DNA from: a virus
Taxonomy: Duplodnaviria > Caudoviricetes
DNA: 64,000 bases
Virus record (IMG/VR): IMGVR_UViG_3300022552_000005
Coordinates: 15,805-79,804 of that record
Direction: 5' to 3' (one strand)
A program made the position numbers and the translations under genes. Positions 8,851 through 20,150 of this stretch are shown here, in pieces. Under the pieces are notes generated by a model that saw nothing but the letters and a program-made list of their open reading frames with translations, was not told where the DNA came from and did not search any database. Each line of letters begins with the position of its first letter. The first letter of the stretch is position 1.

Positions 8851-11800
8851 CGACGCGCACTGCTTTCTGAACTTGACAATCCGGGTACAAGAATCCCATA
8901 GTCACCCTCATAAATCAAATTTGGCGGGCAACCCACAAAGTATAGTTCTTCCTCTTGTGCACTGCCAGTTATTTTTCCGAATTGTACAGTTTCATCTCCA
9001 ACAGCAGCTACCAAACCGCCACGTCCAGTAACAGGATTAGGCGGATTAATAACTACAACAGCAACCGCATTAACGGTGGGGGGATTATTAATAAACAAAT
9101 CACCAACGGGTTCACCATCGCTGCGCAAATGTTCGCTGTCCGGTCTTAATGTCCCACGGTCAATTGTCAAAGGCGACCCGCCATCCGCAGCCGTACTAGC
9201 TGAATTGCTGGTAGTCATAGTATTATGTACAACTTGTACTAAATCGCCAGCTTTATAACTCTGCAAATATACAAAATCATTATTAACAAACGGAACTTTA
9301 TAAAACCTAAAAGGTTCAGCACCAATATGTGAAATTGTTTCAACATCTGCATAATAATAACCATTAGCATTTTTCTGAGGCGCAGTTAATAAACGCACAA
9401 CTTTTGCCTCTTCCAAGCGGACACCACCGGTAAAATAATCAAATGTCGTACCATTTATATCTTCGTGATGAAACATGGCGGGCATACCTCTTCTTAAGTA
9501 CCCGTCTACGCACATTGCATACCCGTGATAGCGCATACGAATTCTTGTAGTTTCTTCATTAAATCCAATTAATAAAGTCCGTGGATCACGTTGTTCACCC
9601 GCCGCAACCCCCATTGATTGATAACCCTCCACATAATGCCATGGCGCGGGCCACTCATTTCCCTGATCATCAACGCCACGGTAAAATTCCATTCTAACGT
9701 TATTTCCGCCGCCATTCGGATCAGCAACATAAGCATAAGCTATGTCAGTTATTGTTACCATACGCACAAAATTGCGCTGTTCAATTTCCGGACGTTCTTC
9801 TTCCTCTCGTGGACGAGATGATTCAATTGACAAAAATACACGTCTAAACGGTGGTTTTCTTAATTTTGATAGATTCGTAGCTGCAAGTTCAAGATTCGCC
9901 TGTAAATCTGTCAATAATTTTGACAAATTGGCAAAATGTTGTATACGATCTAACCGCGATTTCCAACGACTAAATTCTATCTTATTCAACCTGAGTATTT
10001 CATAAATCTGCGACTTTGCCGAATAACGTGTAGTAAGCCCAGCCGCCCCTACTGAAACATTAATAGACGTAAATGGATAAACCGGTTCGCTGTTTTCGTT
10101 ACTAAAATTGGCAAAAAAATTAATTTCGGGTAATTCGGCGACAGTAACTTCTAAGAACTCGTCTCGATAATCGCTGGCTGTAATCTGTTCGGCTTTTTGA
10201 GTCATATCATCAATGGGTGAAATTGGATTTTGTCTCGTCCATGGAGCATATTTATCATCTATTTCACCGCGGTAATTATACAAACCACTACCTCTAATAG
10301 TACTCCCATCATCGCCATAACGAATATTATATTGAACTGGAATTAGAAACTGATCAATAAAACCAAGCGGAATAATAGTAATGCGCGGATCATTCATATC
10401 TTTAGCAGTTAAATAAAGCTGATATCTATCTTCAATGCTACCACTACTTGCTAAATACTGATTATTATTATAGCTAAAAGCTTGTAAAGTTTGTAAATTA
10501 GCCAACATAGGATGCAATTCCACACCAGACACAACAATTTCGGGCAATGAAACAAAAATGCGCGTATCCTCAATTCCAGGAAAAACAGAACGATTATTAG
10601 TGGGAGAATATAACATCACATCTACTGGCAAATAAATAAAATCATTATCTTCATTCCATTCTACATAAGAAGCTGGCGTAGACGTTCCATCGACGCCAAA
10701 TCCCTTTACTTGTGAACGCGGAATCTTAACAAAGGCAGAAATGCGCCCATCTTCATAAAATGGCGATAAGACATCATCGATTTGAATATTATCAACATTA
10801 TCATGTACCCACGCCGCGTCTATAATTGAACAATTGCGTAAAAATTCCTCCGAGGGTTGACAATAGTACAATTTCCCATAATAAGTACGCGCGTGACGAG
10901 CAACCGCCTCATACCATGCACACAACCAATTACATGCCTCGGCGCGGCGATTATGTATTACGCGATAAACATCGTCTCTTCCACCACCAAATGAAATAGC
11001 AGCATCCAAAGTGCTCCCCGTTAAACCATAAGCATCAGGGTCCAATCGCGATTCCATCCAACCGCGCGGCAAATCATCACCTTTAGATAATAATTCCTGT
11101 CGTTTATAGTAAACCCAATGCTCGATAGACTTAAGCGCCATTTTTAATTCATCATCGGTCGGATAGTATTTCTGTAATTTACCGTTATGATCATGATAAA
11201 CAATTTGGATATCATTCCAGGCGGGTAATAGACGAGCCGCTCCTAAATCGACCAGATTATGATATTGACAAAAGGGAATAGTTCCTACACTACCCTCTTT
11301 TTTAGCTCCAAGAACTATATATTTTCCAGGACGATCGGTATAATCATACCCTTGACGCCAATTAATCTTATATTTATCCTGGAAGAATGTTTTATCAATA
11401 CTAATGGGTTTACTACGGTCAACCAGTTTAATTTCGCCATCATAATAATAAACATCAAATCCGCAATCATCAAAAATTTGCAACAAAGCATCAAACAAAG
11501 GGGTTAAATTAAAACTCCATCGATAAGCCTCCAAGTTGCCCAATTTATTGATAATAATCCCGGGACTGGGGAGCTTAACAATGCCCCAATTCATTACCGC
11601 TGTATAAATTTCACCATAAGTAGCACCATAATTAGCCATTAACCACAAGGGGGAATTAACTGTATAAAGATCTCCGCCAGTATTAAGCTCTTTCGGAACA
11701 ACAATAACATTTTCTAAATTGCTTTTTAATAATGGTTCGGTATGAATCAGATATTTATTTAAATCAATTTTCCGCCCATCTTCACAGCGAACGCGGGTAA

Positions 11801-12104
11801 CATATCCATTTGCAGAAATATCTGTATCAACGTGAGTTACATACCCTTTAAAATACATCGCACCAACTTTAATAGCGCACGGCTGATTAATCGAATCAAT
11901 TTTTACAGGAATCTTATCGGGTGCAACAAGTTCTAATTCCAGGCTATGGGGAGTACTATTAAAACCAAAATTAGCATTAATGCTAGCAATCCACACTTGT
12001 CCAAAACTGTCAGGAAGTCCAAGATTAACATCGACTTTGCTACTATCATTAAAATATAACGGCTCGCCGATACCTGAAACATAAATATATGGACTATCGA
12101 TCAT
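8799..12104 (-). CDS. Putative tail tip/baseplate hub protein
   Basis: 1101 aa; N-terminal beta-strand pattern ('ELELV','GAMYFKGYVT','RVRCEDGR') like phage hub/Tal proteins; position in the tail module. Confidence 0.5.
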   Translation of the reverse strand: MIDSPYIYVSGIGEPLYFNDSSKVDVNLGLPDSFGQVWIASINANFGFNSTPHSLELELVAPDKIPVKIDSINQPCAIKVGAMYFKGYVTHVDTDISANGYVTRVRCEDGRKIDLNKYLIHTEPLLKSNLENVIVVPKELNTGGDLYTVNSPLWLMANYGATYGEIYTAVMNWGIVKLPSPGIIINKLGNLEAYRWSFNLTPLFDALLQIFDDCGFDVYYYDGEIKLVDRSKPISIDKTFFQDKYKINWRQGYDYTDRPGKYIVLGAKKEGSVGTIPFCQYHNLVDLGAARLLPAWNDIQIVYHDHNGKLQKYYPTDDELKMALKSIEHWVYYKRQELLSKGDDLPRGWMESRLDPDAYGLTGSTLDAAISFGGGRDDVYRVIHNRRAEACNWLCAWYEAVARHARTYYGKLYYCQPSEEFLRNCSIIDAAWVHDNVDNIQIDDVLSPFYEDGRISAFVKIPRSQVKGFGVDGTSTPASYVEWNEDNDFIYLPVDVMLYSPTNNRSVFPGIEDTRIFVSLPEIVVSGVELHPMLANLQTLQAFSYNNNQYLASSGSIEDRYQLYLTAKDMNDPRITIIPLGFIDQFLIPVQYNIRYGDDGSTIRGSGLYNYRGEIDDKYAPWTRQNPISPIDDMTQKAEQITASDYRDEFLEVTVAELPEINFFANFSNENSEPVYPFTSINVSVGAAGLTTRYSAKSQIYEILRLNKIEFSRWKSRLDRIQHFANLSKLLTDLQANLELAATNLSKLRKPPFRRVFLSIESSRPREEEERPEIEQRNFVRMVTITDIAYAYVADPNGGGNNVRMEFYRGVDDQGNEWPAPWHYVEGYQSMGVAAGEQRDPRTLLIGFNEETTRIRMRYHGYAMCVDGYLRRGMPAMFHHEDINGTTFDYFTGGVRLEEAKVVRLLTAPQKNANGYYYADVETISHIGAEPFRFYKVPFVNNDFVYLQSYKAGDLVQVVHNTMTTSNSASTAADGGSPLTIDRGTLRPDSEHLRSDGEPVGDLFINNPPTVNAVAVVVINPPNPVTGRGGLVAAVGDETVQFGKITGSAQEEELYFVGCPPNLIYEGDYGILVPGLSSSESSARRWFVIIQKPVFTPYGEM

Positions 12105-12112
12105 GATGCCCC

Positions 12113-14608
12113 CTATTTATTGTAACCTATTCTCAATGTATCTATCACCGGAATTTTTCGCGCATCCTCTATCCTTACATACGGAATATAATCACCTGGC
12201 AAAACATATTGTGCGACCAAATTTAACGAATTATTATATTGTGTAACACCATTCCCAAAATCCCAATATAATGTATAAGGATAATTAATTCCAGACAATG
12301 AAACACTAAAGTCAACTAACAATGAGGGCGGGACCAAGCCCTCACGTGGAATTCCAGACAAATTAATATATGGATAATCAGTATATCCAGACGGTAACAA
12401 GTTGACTTTTTGAGAATCTGAACCACGTCGCCCGTATTTGTCATATCCAATTACAATTGGACAATAAATTCCGCTACTACTATAATAATGTTGTAACTGC
12501 CATATATTATCAGTAGTTACAAATGAATCAGAATCGCCGTCTGACCATACAAAATCAACTCGCCGAATACCACTGCTAATTGCTTGATTATTAACGTCGA
12601 AAGCATATCCAGAAGCTGTAACGGTAACGTGCAAACCACTAACAACTATATCAATTATTTTAATATATGGGTTTTTCCTTATGCGATCGATCACAATGTG
12701 TGAATCAAATTCGTCGTTTGTAACGATATTAGCGAGAAGCGTTGCATCAAAATCATTATTATTAATGGCGTAGAAATTAAATTCAGCATCACTATAAAAT
12801 TCTTGCTGATATGCAAAATCGGAATTTGCCTTTATTAATGTTCGATCTAAACATTCAACAATAGAATTGTCATAATCATACCACGTTGCAACAGTAAAAC
12901 CACCAAAGTTAATATTGTAAATCCCACTTACAGACGGCAAATAACCACCACATTCGGTTGTTCTCAAAATTGTATCAAGCGCGTTAAGATACCCACCCAA
13001 AAAAGTATCGCTTATATCACCGGCAACATAAACACCACCATCATAGAAGAATAAATGCTCATCTCCCCACGACCAATAAGCGCCACCAAATCGTCCCTCT
13101 TCTGTTCCCCGAAAAGAGAATGTAAAACCACCAAATAAAGTTTCTAGCGTCGAAAGAGAGATTATGTATCCACCAAAATCAGCTCTTTCATACTCTTTTT
13201 CTCCAAGATACAAACCACCAAACAAACCACTATCCCATGGACGCCCCATAGCACTCAAACAAACGCCACCATAGTAATTGTTATAATATGGCAGTTCGCC
13301 ATAATAAGTAACCTCCGGTCCGACATGCAAAATATATTCTGTATCAACCCAATCGGGCGGAACATCATAATCCATTACCCCAGAGGCAAATTCAGGATAA
13401 ACGGAAAAGCGAGCTTGTTCCATATAACCTTTATAAATATAAGAACTATTATTCAATCCACCAAGCAAAGTTAACCCCAATTCATCGCCATAAAGCGCAG
13501 TTGCGATTCCCTGTGTGCCCGTTACTACTGGTTGACCATTAATATAAAGAGTAAATTTCGAACCATCTGATAAATTAGTCCGGTAAGCAAATCTGATATG
13601 AGTCCAGGCATCTTTTTTGAGCTCATTGAGTTTCCTAACATACAAATAGCTCGAATAATTATAATAATAATATCCATACAAATCATCATAAGAACAATAC
13701 AATCTTAGCAAATAAGAAGAATTATTATCACGATATCGCGTAAAAATATACTTTGTGCCACCGTAATCAGGTTTTAACCAACAATCAAAAGCAAAACTTC
13801 CGCTAGGATGCGTTATATTATTGGTGTAATCAATTCTCAACGAACCATTATAAATACCACTAAAATAAACACAACGATCTAGACGCCCTGGATGTCCTTT
13901 ACTAATTGCCCCATCAACATTGGCAATACCACTAGTAAACCCTGTCGAATCTTCAAAAGATGAATAATCACCTATAGAGGGATCATCGTTCAGCCTGTAA
14001 AGAAATTTATCGCGAAAACCGCTTTCAGTTGGTCGTCCGAATGGTTGCTCCCATGTAATCGTAGGTGAATAAGGGGCTTGAGGGAAATTATAATTCTTAT
14101 AAGGCGGAGGTAACTGCTCTATATTTCCGCTAGGATTACCATAATAAACGTAATATTTCCAATCATAATCAGTTAAATAAACTCCAGAAGGGATATAATT
14201 TTGCGCGGGAAAATAGATTTTTTGAGGGGAACAACCAGAGGCTATATAATATGGAACATTAATATGATAGCTTCCACTTGTAAAAATAATGCGCAGATCT
14301 TGATAATCAGCACGTAATTTCTCTTCAGAGACAAGCGAATCTAAGTCAAGTTCAATATGCAAAAAATGAATTCCTGACTCATATGGTCCTCCTGAGGGAA
14401 CAACGTTGGCTATATGTCGTCTGTAAGCCCAGCGCGAATCCCACCAATTGTCTGTCGATGTATCAGGTGGATGAAGATATAAATAATATGGTGTGAATGT
14501 TCCGGCGCTATCTGATGATAAATATAAATAAATTAAAGAAGAATCCCCGACAAACGTGGGAATCTGAAAATAAACATTTGTAGTATTAGAATGAACACCA
14601 CTGGACAT
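12113..14608 (-). CDS. Virion protein with DUF2341-like N-terminus, LamG/ConA-like domain, FGG repeats and C-terminal PKD-like domains
   Basis: 'WWDSRWAYRRHI', 'FDCWLKP','WTHI','LYINGQ','GYMEQARFS' (LamG); 'YWDFGNG','YVLPGDY' (PKD). Confidence 0.65.
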   Translation of the reverse strand: MSSGVHSNTTNVYFQIPTFVGDSSLIYLYLSSDSAGTFTPYYLYLHPPDTSTDNWWDSRWAYRRHIANVVPSGGPYESGIHFLHIELDLDSLVSEEKLRADYQDLRIIFTSGSYHINVPYYIASGCSPQKIYFPAQNYIPSGVYLTDYDWKYYVYYGNPSGNIEQLPPPYKNYNFPQAPYSPTITWEQPFGRPTESGFRDKFLYRLNDDPSIGDYSSFEDSTGFTSGIANVDGAISKGHPGRLDRCVYFSGIYNGSLRIDYTNNITHPSGSFAFDCWLKPDYGGTKYIFTRYRDNNSSYLLRLYCSYDDLYGYYYYNYSSYLYVRKLNELKKDAWTHIRFAYRTNLSDGSKFTLYINGQPVVTGTQGIATALYGDELGLTLLGGLNNSSYIYKGYMEQARFSVYPEFASGVMDYDVPPDWVDTEYILHVGPEVTYYGELPYYNNYYGGVCLSAMGRPWDSGLFGGLYLGEKEYERADFGGYIISLSTLETLFGGFTFSFRGTEEGRFGGAYWSWGDEHLFFYDGGVYVAGDISDTFLGGYLNALDTILRTTECGGYLPSVSGIYNINFGGFTVATWYDYDNSIVECLDRTLIKANSDFAYQQEFYSDAEFNFYAINNNDFDATLLANIVTNDEFDSHIVIDRIRKNPYIKIIDIVVSGLHVTVTASGYAFDVNNQAISSGIRRVDFVWSDGDSDSFVTTDNIWQLQHYYSSSGIYCPIVIGYDKYGRRGSDSQKVNLLPSGYTDYPYINLSGIPREGLVPPSLLVDFSVSLSGINYPYTLYWDFGNGVTQYNNSLNLVAQYVLPGDYIPYVRIEDARKIPVIDTLRIGYNK

Positions 14609-16095
14609 TATGTGTTTTTAGCTCTTAGCCGGAATAATACGTGCTGTGTTGAACCAATATCATTTACCCAATCCCATGCAAAAACATAACCACTTCCTTG
14701 CGGTGCATTTTTTAAGTCACCAGCAGACAACCCGGTTGTAGGGTCGCCTACTCCCGTTTTACGAGTTGCAACTTGCCACGTAGCCCCACCATCGGTTGAA
14801 TATTCAGGAATTATCTCGACATTTTCGGTAGGAACCTCTCTAAATAATCTATAATTAAAAACTGCCTTTTCTAAATCGATACTTGGACACCCTGACATTT
14901 CAACATCGGGGGCGTCTTTGTCCCAAAAATCATATGCAAACCATGTTGTACTATCTAACGGTCCATTGGTTGAAATTAATTCCATTCCCGAACCAGTAAA
15001 TTTATATTCATCGAACCCACCCGTATCAGCTACAAATACAATGCGACATTCACCAGAGGCAGCAGCATCAATACAACCATGAATATGTCCATTCTGCGTT
15101 TTCCAGGTAGAAGGAATTATATCATCAGTTTTCTCGGTCCAGTTAATACCATCTGATGATTCAAATAATACAATTCCGCTAGTCCCTGTTCCCCCTGTTC
15201 CACTAGCGTTCAAAAAAGCATATAATTTATTATTTAATTGACAGAGGTAACCAGCATAACCAATTGAAACATCATATTTTCCACCAGATAAATCAACTCC
15301 ATCATCAATGGCTGAATTAACTAATGTTAAGTCTGCCGTTTGATTGAAAGTTGAGCCAACCCAACCAACACGTCCATCAGAAAATAAACAGTATAAGAAT
15401 ACTCCTGAGGGTGAATTAAAAACTGAAAAACACTTAGAACATTGTTCATCAGTGCATGGTTGTAAATGTTCTCCCGAAGAAGGTAAATAAATAGCTCCAA
15501 CCGACCCCATTGAAGTAGATGATATATCGTAATCTGGATGTGGGGCAGTAGAATAAATCCCAAATGCTGTGGCAACATAAATCATATTATTATAAACAAT
15601 CAGATCAGTAATATGCTCACAATCCTGATAATCTGAACTTTTTTCGAACTGACGAGTTGTATAATTAGAAACTACAACATTTCCACCTTGATCGCTTAGT
15701 CCCCATGCCGTCCAAGATGCAAAACGTAACTGATGATTACGGTTATAAGTAGTACTACTACCATTTTGACCATAATAATCCCAAAATAAATAAACACGAT
15801 TTTTAAAACTAATTAGTCCTGGCATAGCATAGGGCGCACTACTCAAACTAAAACTATATGACAAATTTTCCCAAGTATTATTTATAGAATCATATCTAAT
15901 TAAACGCCAACTATTTGAATAATAACGAACAGTAATCAAGTGTCCCTTAAACCAAGTGGACAAACGATGACATGCCGAATTAGAGGCAATATAATTGGTT
16001 GATGCCCATGTGATATTGGCAGTCGGTTGACCAACTGAACCGCGATAAAATGGATAACAACAGTTTTCAGTTCGAATTACATTTTGCGTACTCAT
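14608..16095 (-). CDS. Beta-propeller-like tail protein with shared C-terminal module
   Basis: 'FESSDGINW','YSTDGGATW' Asp-box-like motifs; C-terminus homologous to ORFs 20150-21919 and 21912-24140. Confidence 0.5.
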   Translation of the reverse strand: MSTQNVIRTENCCYPFYRGSVGQPTANITWASTNYIASNSACHRLSTWFKGHLITVRYYSNSWRLIRYDSINNTWENLSYSFSLSSAPYAMPGLISFKNRVYLFWDYYGQNGSSTTYNRNHQLRFASWTAWGLSDQGGNVVVSNYTTRQFEKSSDYQDCEHITDLIVYNNMIYVATAFGIYSTAPHPDYDISSTSMGSVGAIYLPSSGEHLQPCTDEQCSKCFSVFNSPSGVFLYCLFSDGRVGWVGSTFNQTADLTLVNSAIDDGVDLSGGKYDVSIGYAGYLCQLNNKLYAFLNASGTGGTGTSGIVLFESSDGINWTEKTDDIIPSTWKTQNGHIHGCIDAAASGECRIVFVADTGGFDEYKFTGSGMELISTNGPLDSTTWFAYDFWDKDAPDVEMSGCPSIDLEKAVFNYRLFREVPTENVEIIPEYSTDGGATWQVATRKTGVGDPTTGLSAGDLKNAPQGSGYVFAWDWVNDIGSTQHVLFRLRAKNT

Positions 16096-18332
16096 CGATT
16101 ATACCCTAAACGTAATGTATCGACCACATATATTCTACCGTCATCTAGCCTTACCCACGGAATATAGTCACCAGGTAAAATATACTGCGTTGTATTTTGT
16201 AAAGAATTATTATATTGAGTAATCCCATTACCGAAATCCCAGTATAAATTATAACTATTTACACCAGAAATACTTACAGTAAAATCAACATACAAAGGCG
16301 GCGGAACCAATCCTTTTCGTGGTGAGCCACTTAAGCTAACAAACGGCATACTTTCACCAGAGGGGAGCGCTAATCCTGACGCCAGATTCAAATAAGCAAA
16401 ATCACCGCCAGACCGCCCGTATTTATCACGCACAATTACAATTGGACGGTAAATGCCACTGTGATAATAAGTATGTTGCGCTGACCAAATGCTTCCGCTG
16501 TTAACGGGATTGCTAATAATTGTAGAATCATTATCTCCCCAAATAAAAGCTACGTAATGAATACCGCCTTCAATGGCATTATTATCTTTATCAAAAGCAT
16601 AACCAGATGCAACTGCAATATAGGTATAAGGAACCGTCCCACTTTCAGGACCATTCAACATCATCACAAACGGGTTTTTGCGCGTCTTACCAACGATAAG
16701 TTTCGCATCAAATTCATCATAATAACTATAACGAACATTCAACGTGCCATCAAATTCACTATTTTGCTGTCCGTAAAATGTAAATGCTGCATCAGAAACA
16801 AAACTTTGTTGTACAACATTATCGCTATTTGCTTTAATTAAAACGCGTCCAAGTGCCTCTGTAATTGTGAAATCAGTATCATCATAACTACACCATAATA
16901 ATGCACCAAAAAGTCCGCTTTGTAAAATGTTAGACCAACTTAATCCGCCATAAAGATTTTCGGGAGATTGTATAACAGTTGAAATAATTCCACCAAAATA
17001 ACTCAGGAATCCCGATAAACTATGTGCAATACCACCAAACAATCCTGACAATGCAGGAGCATCGGAAAGCGTAAATCCGCCAAACAAAGCATGAGTAGAA
17101 GTCTTATATTCAATTTGTCCAGTATAAGTAATATATTGATTATCAATCCAATCTGGCGCACACTGATATAAAGAAAGTGGTGTAGTTCCACTAATCGCTG
17201 GATAAACAAATGTTGAGTATCGTAACTGTTCTAACCATCCCTTATAAGTATAAAGACTACCATTTTGACCATATTTTCTTCCAATAAAAGCAGAAGTTAA
17301 ATCACCACCGAAAAATGCGGTATTTTCAGCATATGCCTGTGTATCAACGCTATTTCCATTGTATTTATTAACTAACTTTCCATCTCTATAAATCTGAATG
17401 CGACTATATAAATAATCTCCTCCGGTACGATAAGCTATACGATAATGATGCCATTCACCTGAAGGGACATAAGAATTTTCTTCTTGATGTAAATCTTCTT
17501 GTGAGCTAAACAAACAACGAGCAAATATATAATAATCATCATTCGATTGATAAATAGCCACTACAGGGAAATTTTCTGTATCGAAAGTTGACTTTACTTT
17601 AGCAAATATATACGCCGTTGCCGTTCGTCCTGCTGTCTCCGGTTTACACCAAAAATCTATGCACCAATCACCAGATGGATGAGCCCAATGTTTGTCATCT
17701 TGAGGAATTTCTATCCAACTGCCGCTGGATGCATTATAGTAATAACCATTAAAGTATGTACAAGTGTCCAGAACACCCGAATGTCCTTTTTGAACATTAA
17801 TATAATCTTTTGACTCACCTTGTCCATGATTAGTGGCATCAGTAAACCAGCGTGGATCATTAGGATCATCGTTTAAACGAAAAAGATATTTGTCTCTATA
17901 TTTACCATAAGGTGTTTCAATCCAATCAGGATGACAAGAATATGGTGCCTGGGGGAAATTAATATTTTGGTACGCACCAGGAAGTTCTTCTAAATTACCA
18001 CTTGAGTTGTTAAAATACAAATAATATGTGCAGTCATCTAACTCACCAATATTTACATTAGATGGAATATTATTCTGAACCGCAAAATATATTCGCGCTG
18101 GTGAAATTCCCGATGCTATATAATATGGAATATTGATAGCATGGTCCGATTTTTGGGCAATAACTCGCAAATCGCCAAAATCATTTCTTAACAGTCCGCG
18201 AGAGATTAAATAATTTAAATTAGCCTGAACACACAAAAAATGCACCCCCGATGAATATGGACTACCGCTTGGTTCGCTATATAAACGAACGCGATTTTGC
18301 CAATGAGGGTGCCACCAGTAGGTTAAAGCCAT
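16092..18332 (-). CDS. Paralog of 12113-14608: DUF2341-like/LamG/PKD virion protein
   Basis: Shared blocks 'NFPQAPYS','RDK.L.RLNDDP','LIKANSD','GLVPP.L.VDF','YWDFGNG.TQYNNSL','DTLR.GYN'. Confidence 0.65.
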   Translation of the reverse strand: MALTYWWHPHWQNRVRLYSEPSGSPYSSGVHFLCVQANLNYLISRGLLRNDFGDLRVIAQKSDHAINIPYYIASGISPARIYFAVQNNIPSNVNIGELDDCTYYLYFNNSSGNLEELPGAYQNINFPQAPYSCHPDWIETPYGKYRDKYLFRLNDDPNDPRWFTDATNHGQGESKDYINVQKGHSGVLDTCTYFNGYYYNASSGSWIEIPQDDKHWAHPSGDWCIDFWCKPETAGRTATAYIFAKVKSTFDTENFPVVAIYQSNDDYYIFARCLFSSQEDLHQEENSYVPSGEWHHYRIAYRTGGDYLYSRIQIYRDGKLVNKYNGNSVDTQAYAENTAFFGGDLTSAFIGRKYGQNGSLYTYKGWLEQLRYSTFVYPAISGTTPLSLYQCAPDWIDNQYITYTGQIEYKTSTHALFGGFTLSDAPALSGLFGGIAHSLSGFLSYFGGIISTVIQSPENLYGGLSWSNILQSGLFGALLWCSYDDTDFTITEALGRVLIKANSDNVVQQSFVSDAAFTFYGQQNSEFDGTLNVRYSYYDEFDAKLIVGKTRKNPFVMMLNGPESGTVPYTYIAVASGYAFDKDNNAIEGGIHYVAFIWGDNDSTIISNPVNSGSIWSAQHTYYHSGIYRPIVIVRDKYGRSGGDFAYLNLASGLALPSGESMPFVSLSGSPRKGLVPPPLYVDFTVSISGVNSYNLYWDFGNGITQYNNSLQNTTQYILPGDYIPWVRLDDGRIYVVDTLRLGYNR

Positions 18333-18769
18333 TTACATGCGCCGGTCATTACATCAATGCGTAATACCTCTTTAATTTTATCATTCTTCTGTAGAGCTAA
18401 GTGAACATAATTTACATCACCGCAATATAAACGATGCTTGCTCACTAAGTATTCTTGCTGCCCTTCAAGATTGATATGTTCAGTAATAATAACCCGTTCG
18501 CCAACCTTAATATTAAATGGATTCTTTATTTTGAAACGTTTTTTAGGATTATGTAGAGCATAACCCTCAGCTTCATTTTCCGAAATCAATGTACCAATAC
18601 ATTCTAACATCCCAGTCGTCGCCGTATAATAAACGTAGGGTTTCCATCCGTCCAAAATTTTGATATCATATGCAACTACTTTTTGCAATAACGGAATCCA
18701 CAATTTTACTACAAGATAATCCTTACCTTCACGCTTTTCAATGCGTTGTTCTATATTCTTGATACTCAT
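18323..18769 (-). CDS. Hypothetical protein
   Basis: 148-aa ORF overlapping neighbours; no motif. Confidence 0.5.
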   Translation of the reverse strand: MSIKNIEQRIEKREGKDYLVVKLWIPLLQKVVAYDIKILDGWKPYVYYTATTGMLECIGTLISENEAEGYALHNPKKRFKIKNPFNIKVGERVIITEHINLEGQQEYLVSKHRLYCGDVNYVHLALQKNDKIKEVLRIDVMTGACKWL

Positions 18770-19455
18770 AGATCTCCCGGTAAATTAATACGCGCAAACT
18801 CATCGGTCCAGTCGTAGGTAAAACGAAAACGAAAAGTTCCAACACCTAAACCGCCATATTGTCCAACTGCATGTTCGCCCGAAGGAAAAATAATAGAAGA
18901 ATAAATAATTTGAGTATGTTGATTAAGCCCTATACCGCTTAACCATGGACAACCATCCCAACGATAAATGTTCTGTCCAGACGGTATGCTGTGCGGAATT
19001 TCGTAAGCACCATACCAGCCGCTACCCAAAAATAAATTTCTTTTCCACTTACCGCTTGGCAAAATTTGTATATATGGACGTGGGGAAATACCGCTAAAAG
19101 CTGCATCTGATTCTAACCAAAGTTTCATATTAAAAATTGTAATATGGTTATTTATTCGTGAATCATCATAATCAGCTTTCGGCATATACAAAAAGGCAAT
19201 AGTACGTGAAACCCAATGCGGCTCAGTAATAGGAGTAATTCCAGATCCATAATTTAAAAATCCCGATGGTTCTATGGAAATCGCCGGACAACTACCAGCT
19301 AATTGTTCAACATCATCATGCCCGGATGGTAAAATTAGATTCCAACCCGATGGACCAAAAACAATGTCCGGGCGATATTGAACGCACATTATTTTCGGGC
19401 GCAATGCACCAATTATTTTATTATGATAAATGCCACTTTGATTAACACCAGCCAT
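18766..19455 (-). CDS. Small tail-region protein, paralog family A
   Basis: Shares 'I.nMKlW','PSGQN.YrWDG','Q.IY','G.YG...FR.R.TY' with 19458-20150 and 24140-24700. Confidence 0.5.
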   Translation of the reverse strand: MAGVNQSGIYHNKIIGALRPKIMCVQYRPDIVFGPSGWNLILPSGHDDVEQLAGSCPAISIEPSGFLNYGSGITPITEPHWVSRTIAFLYMPKADYDDSRINNHITIFNMKLWLESDAAFSGISPRPYIQILPSGKWKRNLFLGSGWYGAYEIPHSIPSGQNIYRWDGCPWLSGIGLNQHTQIIYSSIIFPSGEHAVGQYGGLGVGTFRFRFTYDWTDEFARINLPGDL

Positions 19456-19457
19456 TT

Positions 19458-20150
19458 TTAATCAAATAAACTATTTATATTATCCATACTATAGGTTACT
19501 CTTATTCGTAAGCCAGATGTAGGAGTTCGCCCATATTCACCAACGGGCACAGTCCCTGACGCCGCTAAGGCAAAATACATGTATTCAGAAGAATCGGCAT
19601 CGCCAGAACCATGAATAGTTAACCCACCGTCACAACGGAACAAGTTTTGTTTTTCAGGTAAATAATTTGGTAATACCTTGCTAGGATCGAATATATCGGC
19701 AAATTGAAATTTTTTATTGGGCTGCCAAACTGGGCTATGTTCATATAAAATCTTATAATCTTTAATTAGAAAATCAGAATCGTCGCTAACCCAAACGCGC
19801 ATGTGGGTTACGCGCGTCGTATCACATTCACGATCAGCTAATCGAAAAGTTAAACAACGAGTGTCACTAACTCCGCTACCACTGCCAATATCAACATCAT
19901 TGAAATCAAAGATTACTAACCCAGTTTTAAGCTGCCCCATGCCGCTACCTACCACACCTAAAAATGCTTCATGTGTGCGCAAATGTCTATATCCAGAAGG
20001 ATTAGACTTGCTTAAATCCCACCAAATTAGTTCAGGATAAACACCAACCCATGGTAATTCAAATGTTGACGTTTCAAAAGCTATACCATCAATAACGTTT
20101 AAACTAAACGGTAGCGTATATTGCCATAATCCTATACGTTTCTTACTCAT
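19458..20150 (-). CDS. Small tail-region protein, paralog family A
   Basis: 'HMRVWVSDDSDF','QNLFRCDG','SEYMYFAL','PVGEYG...GLRIRVTY'. Confidence 0.5.
   Translation of the reverse strand: MSKKRIGLWQYTLPFSLNVIDGIAFETSTFELPWVGVYPELIWWDLSKSNPSGYRHLRTHEAFLGVVGSGMGQLKTGLVIFDFNDVDIGSGSGVSDTRCLTFRLADRECDTTRVTHMRVWVSDDSDFLIKDYKILYEHSPVWQPNKKFQFADIFDPSKVLPNYLPEKQNLFRCDGGLTIHGSGDADSSEYMYFALAASGTVPVGEYGRTPTSGLRIRVTYSMDNINSLFD

Noticed and set aside
12113-18332. Possible DGR template/variable repeat pair in the duplicated C-termini
   Set aside because: Differences are scattered and mostly synonymous rather than adenine-specific, and no reverse transcriptase is in the window; better explained as an old duplication
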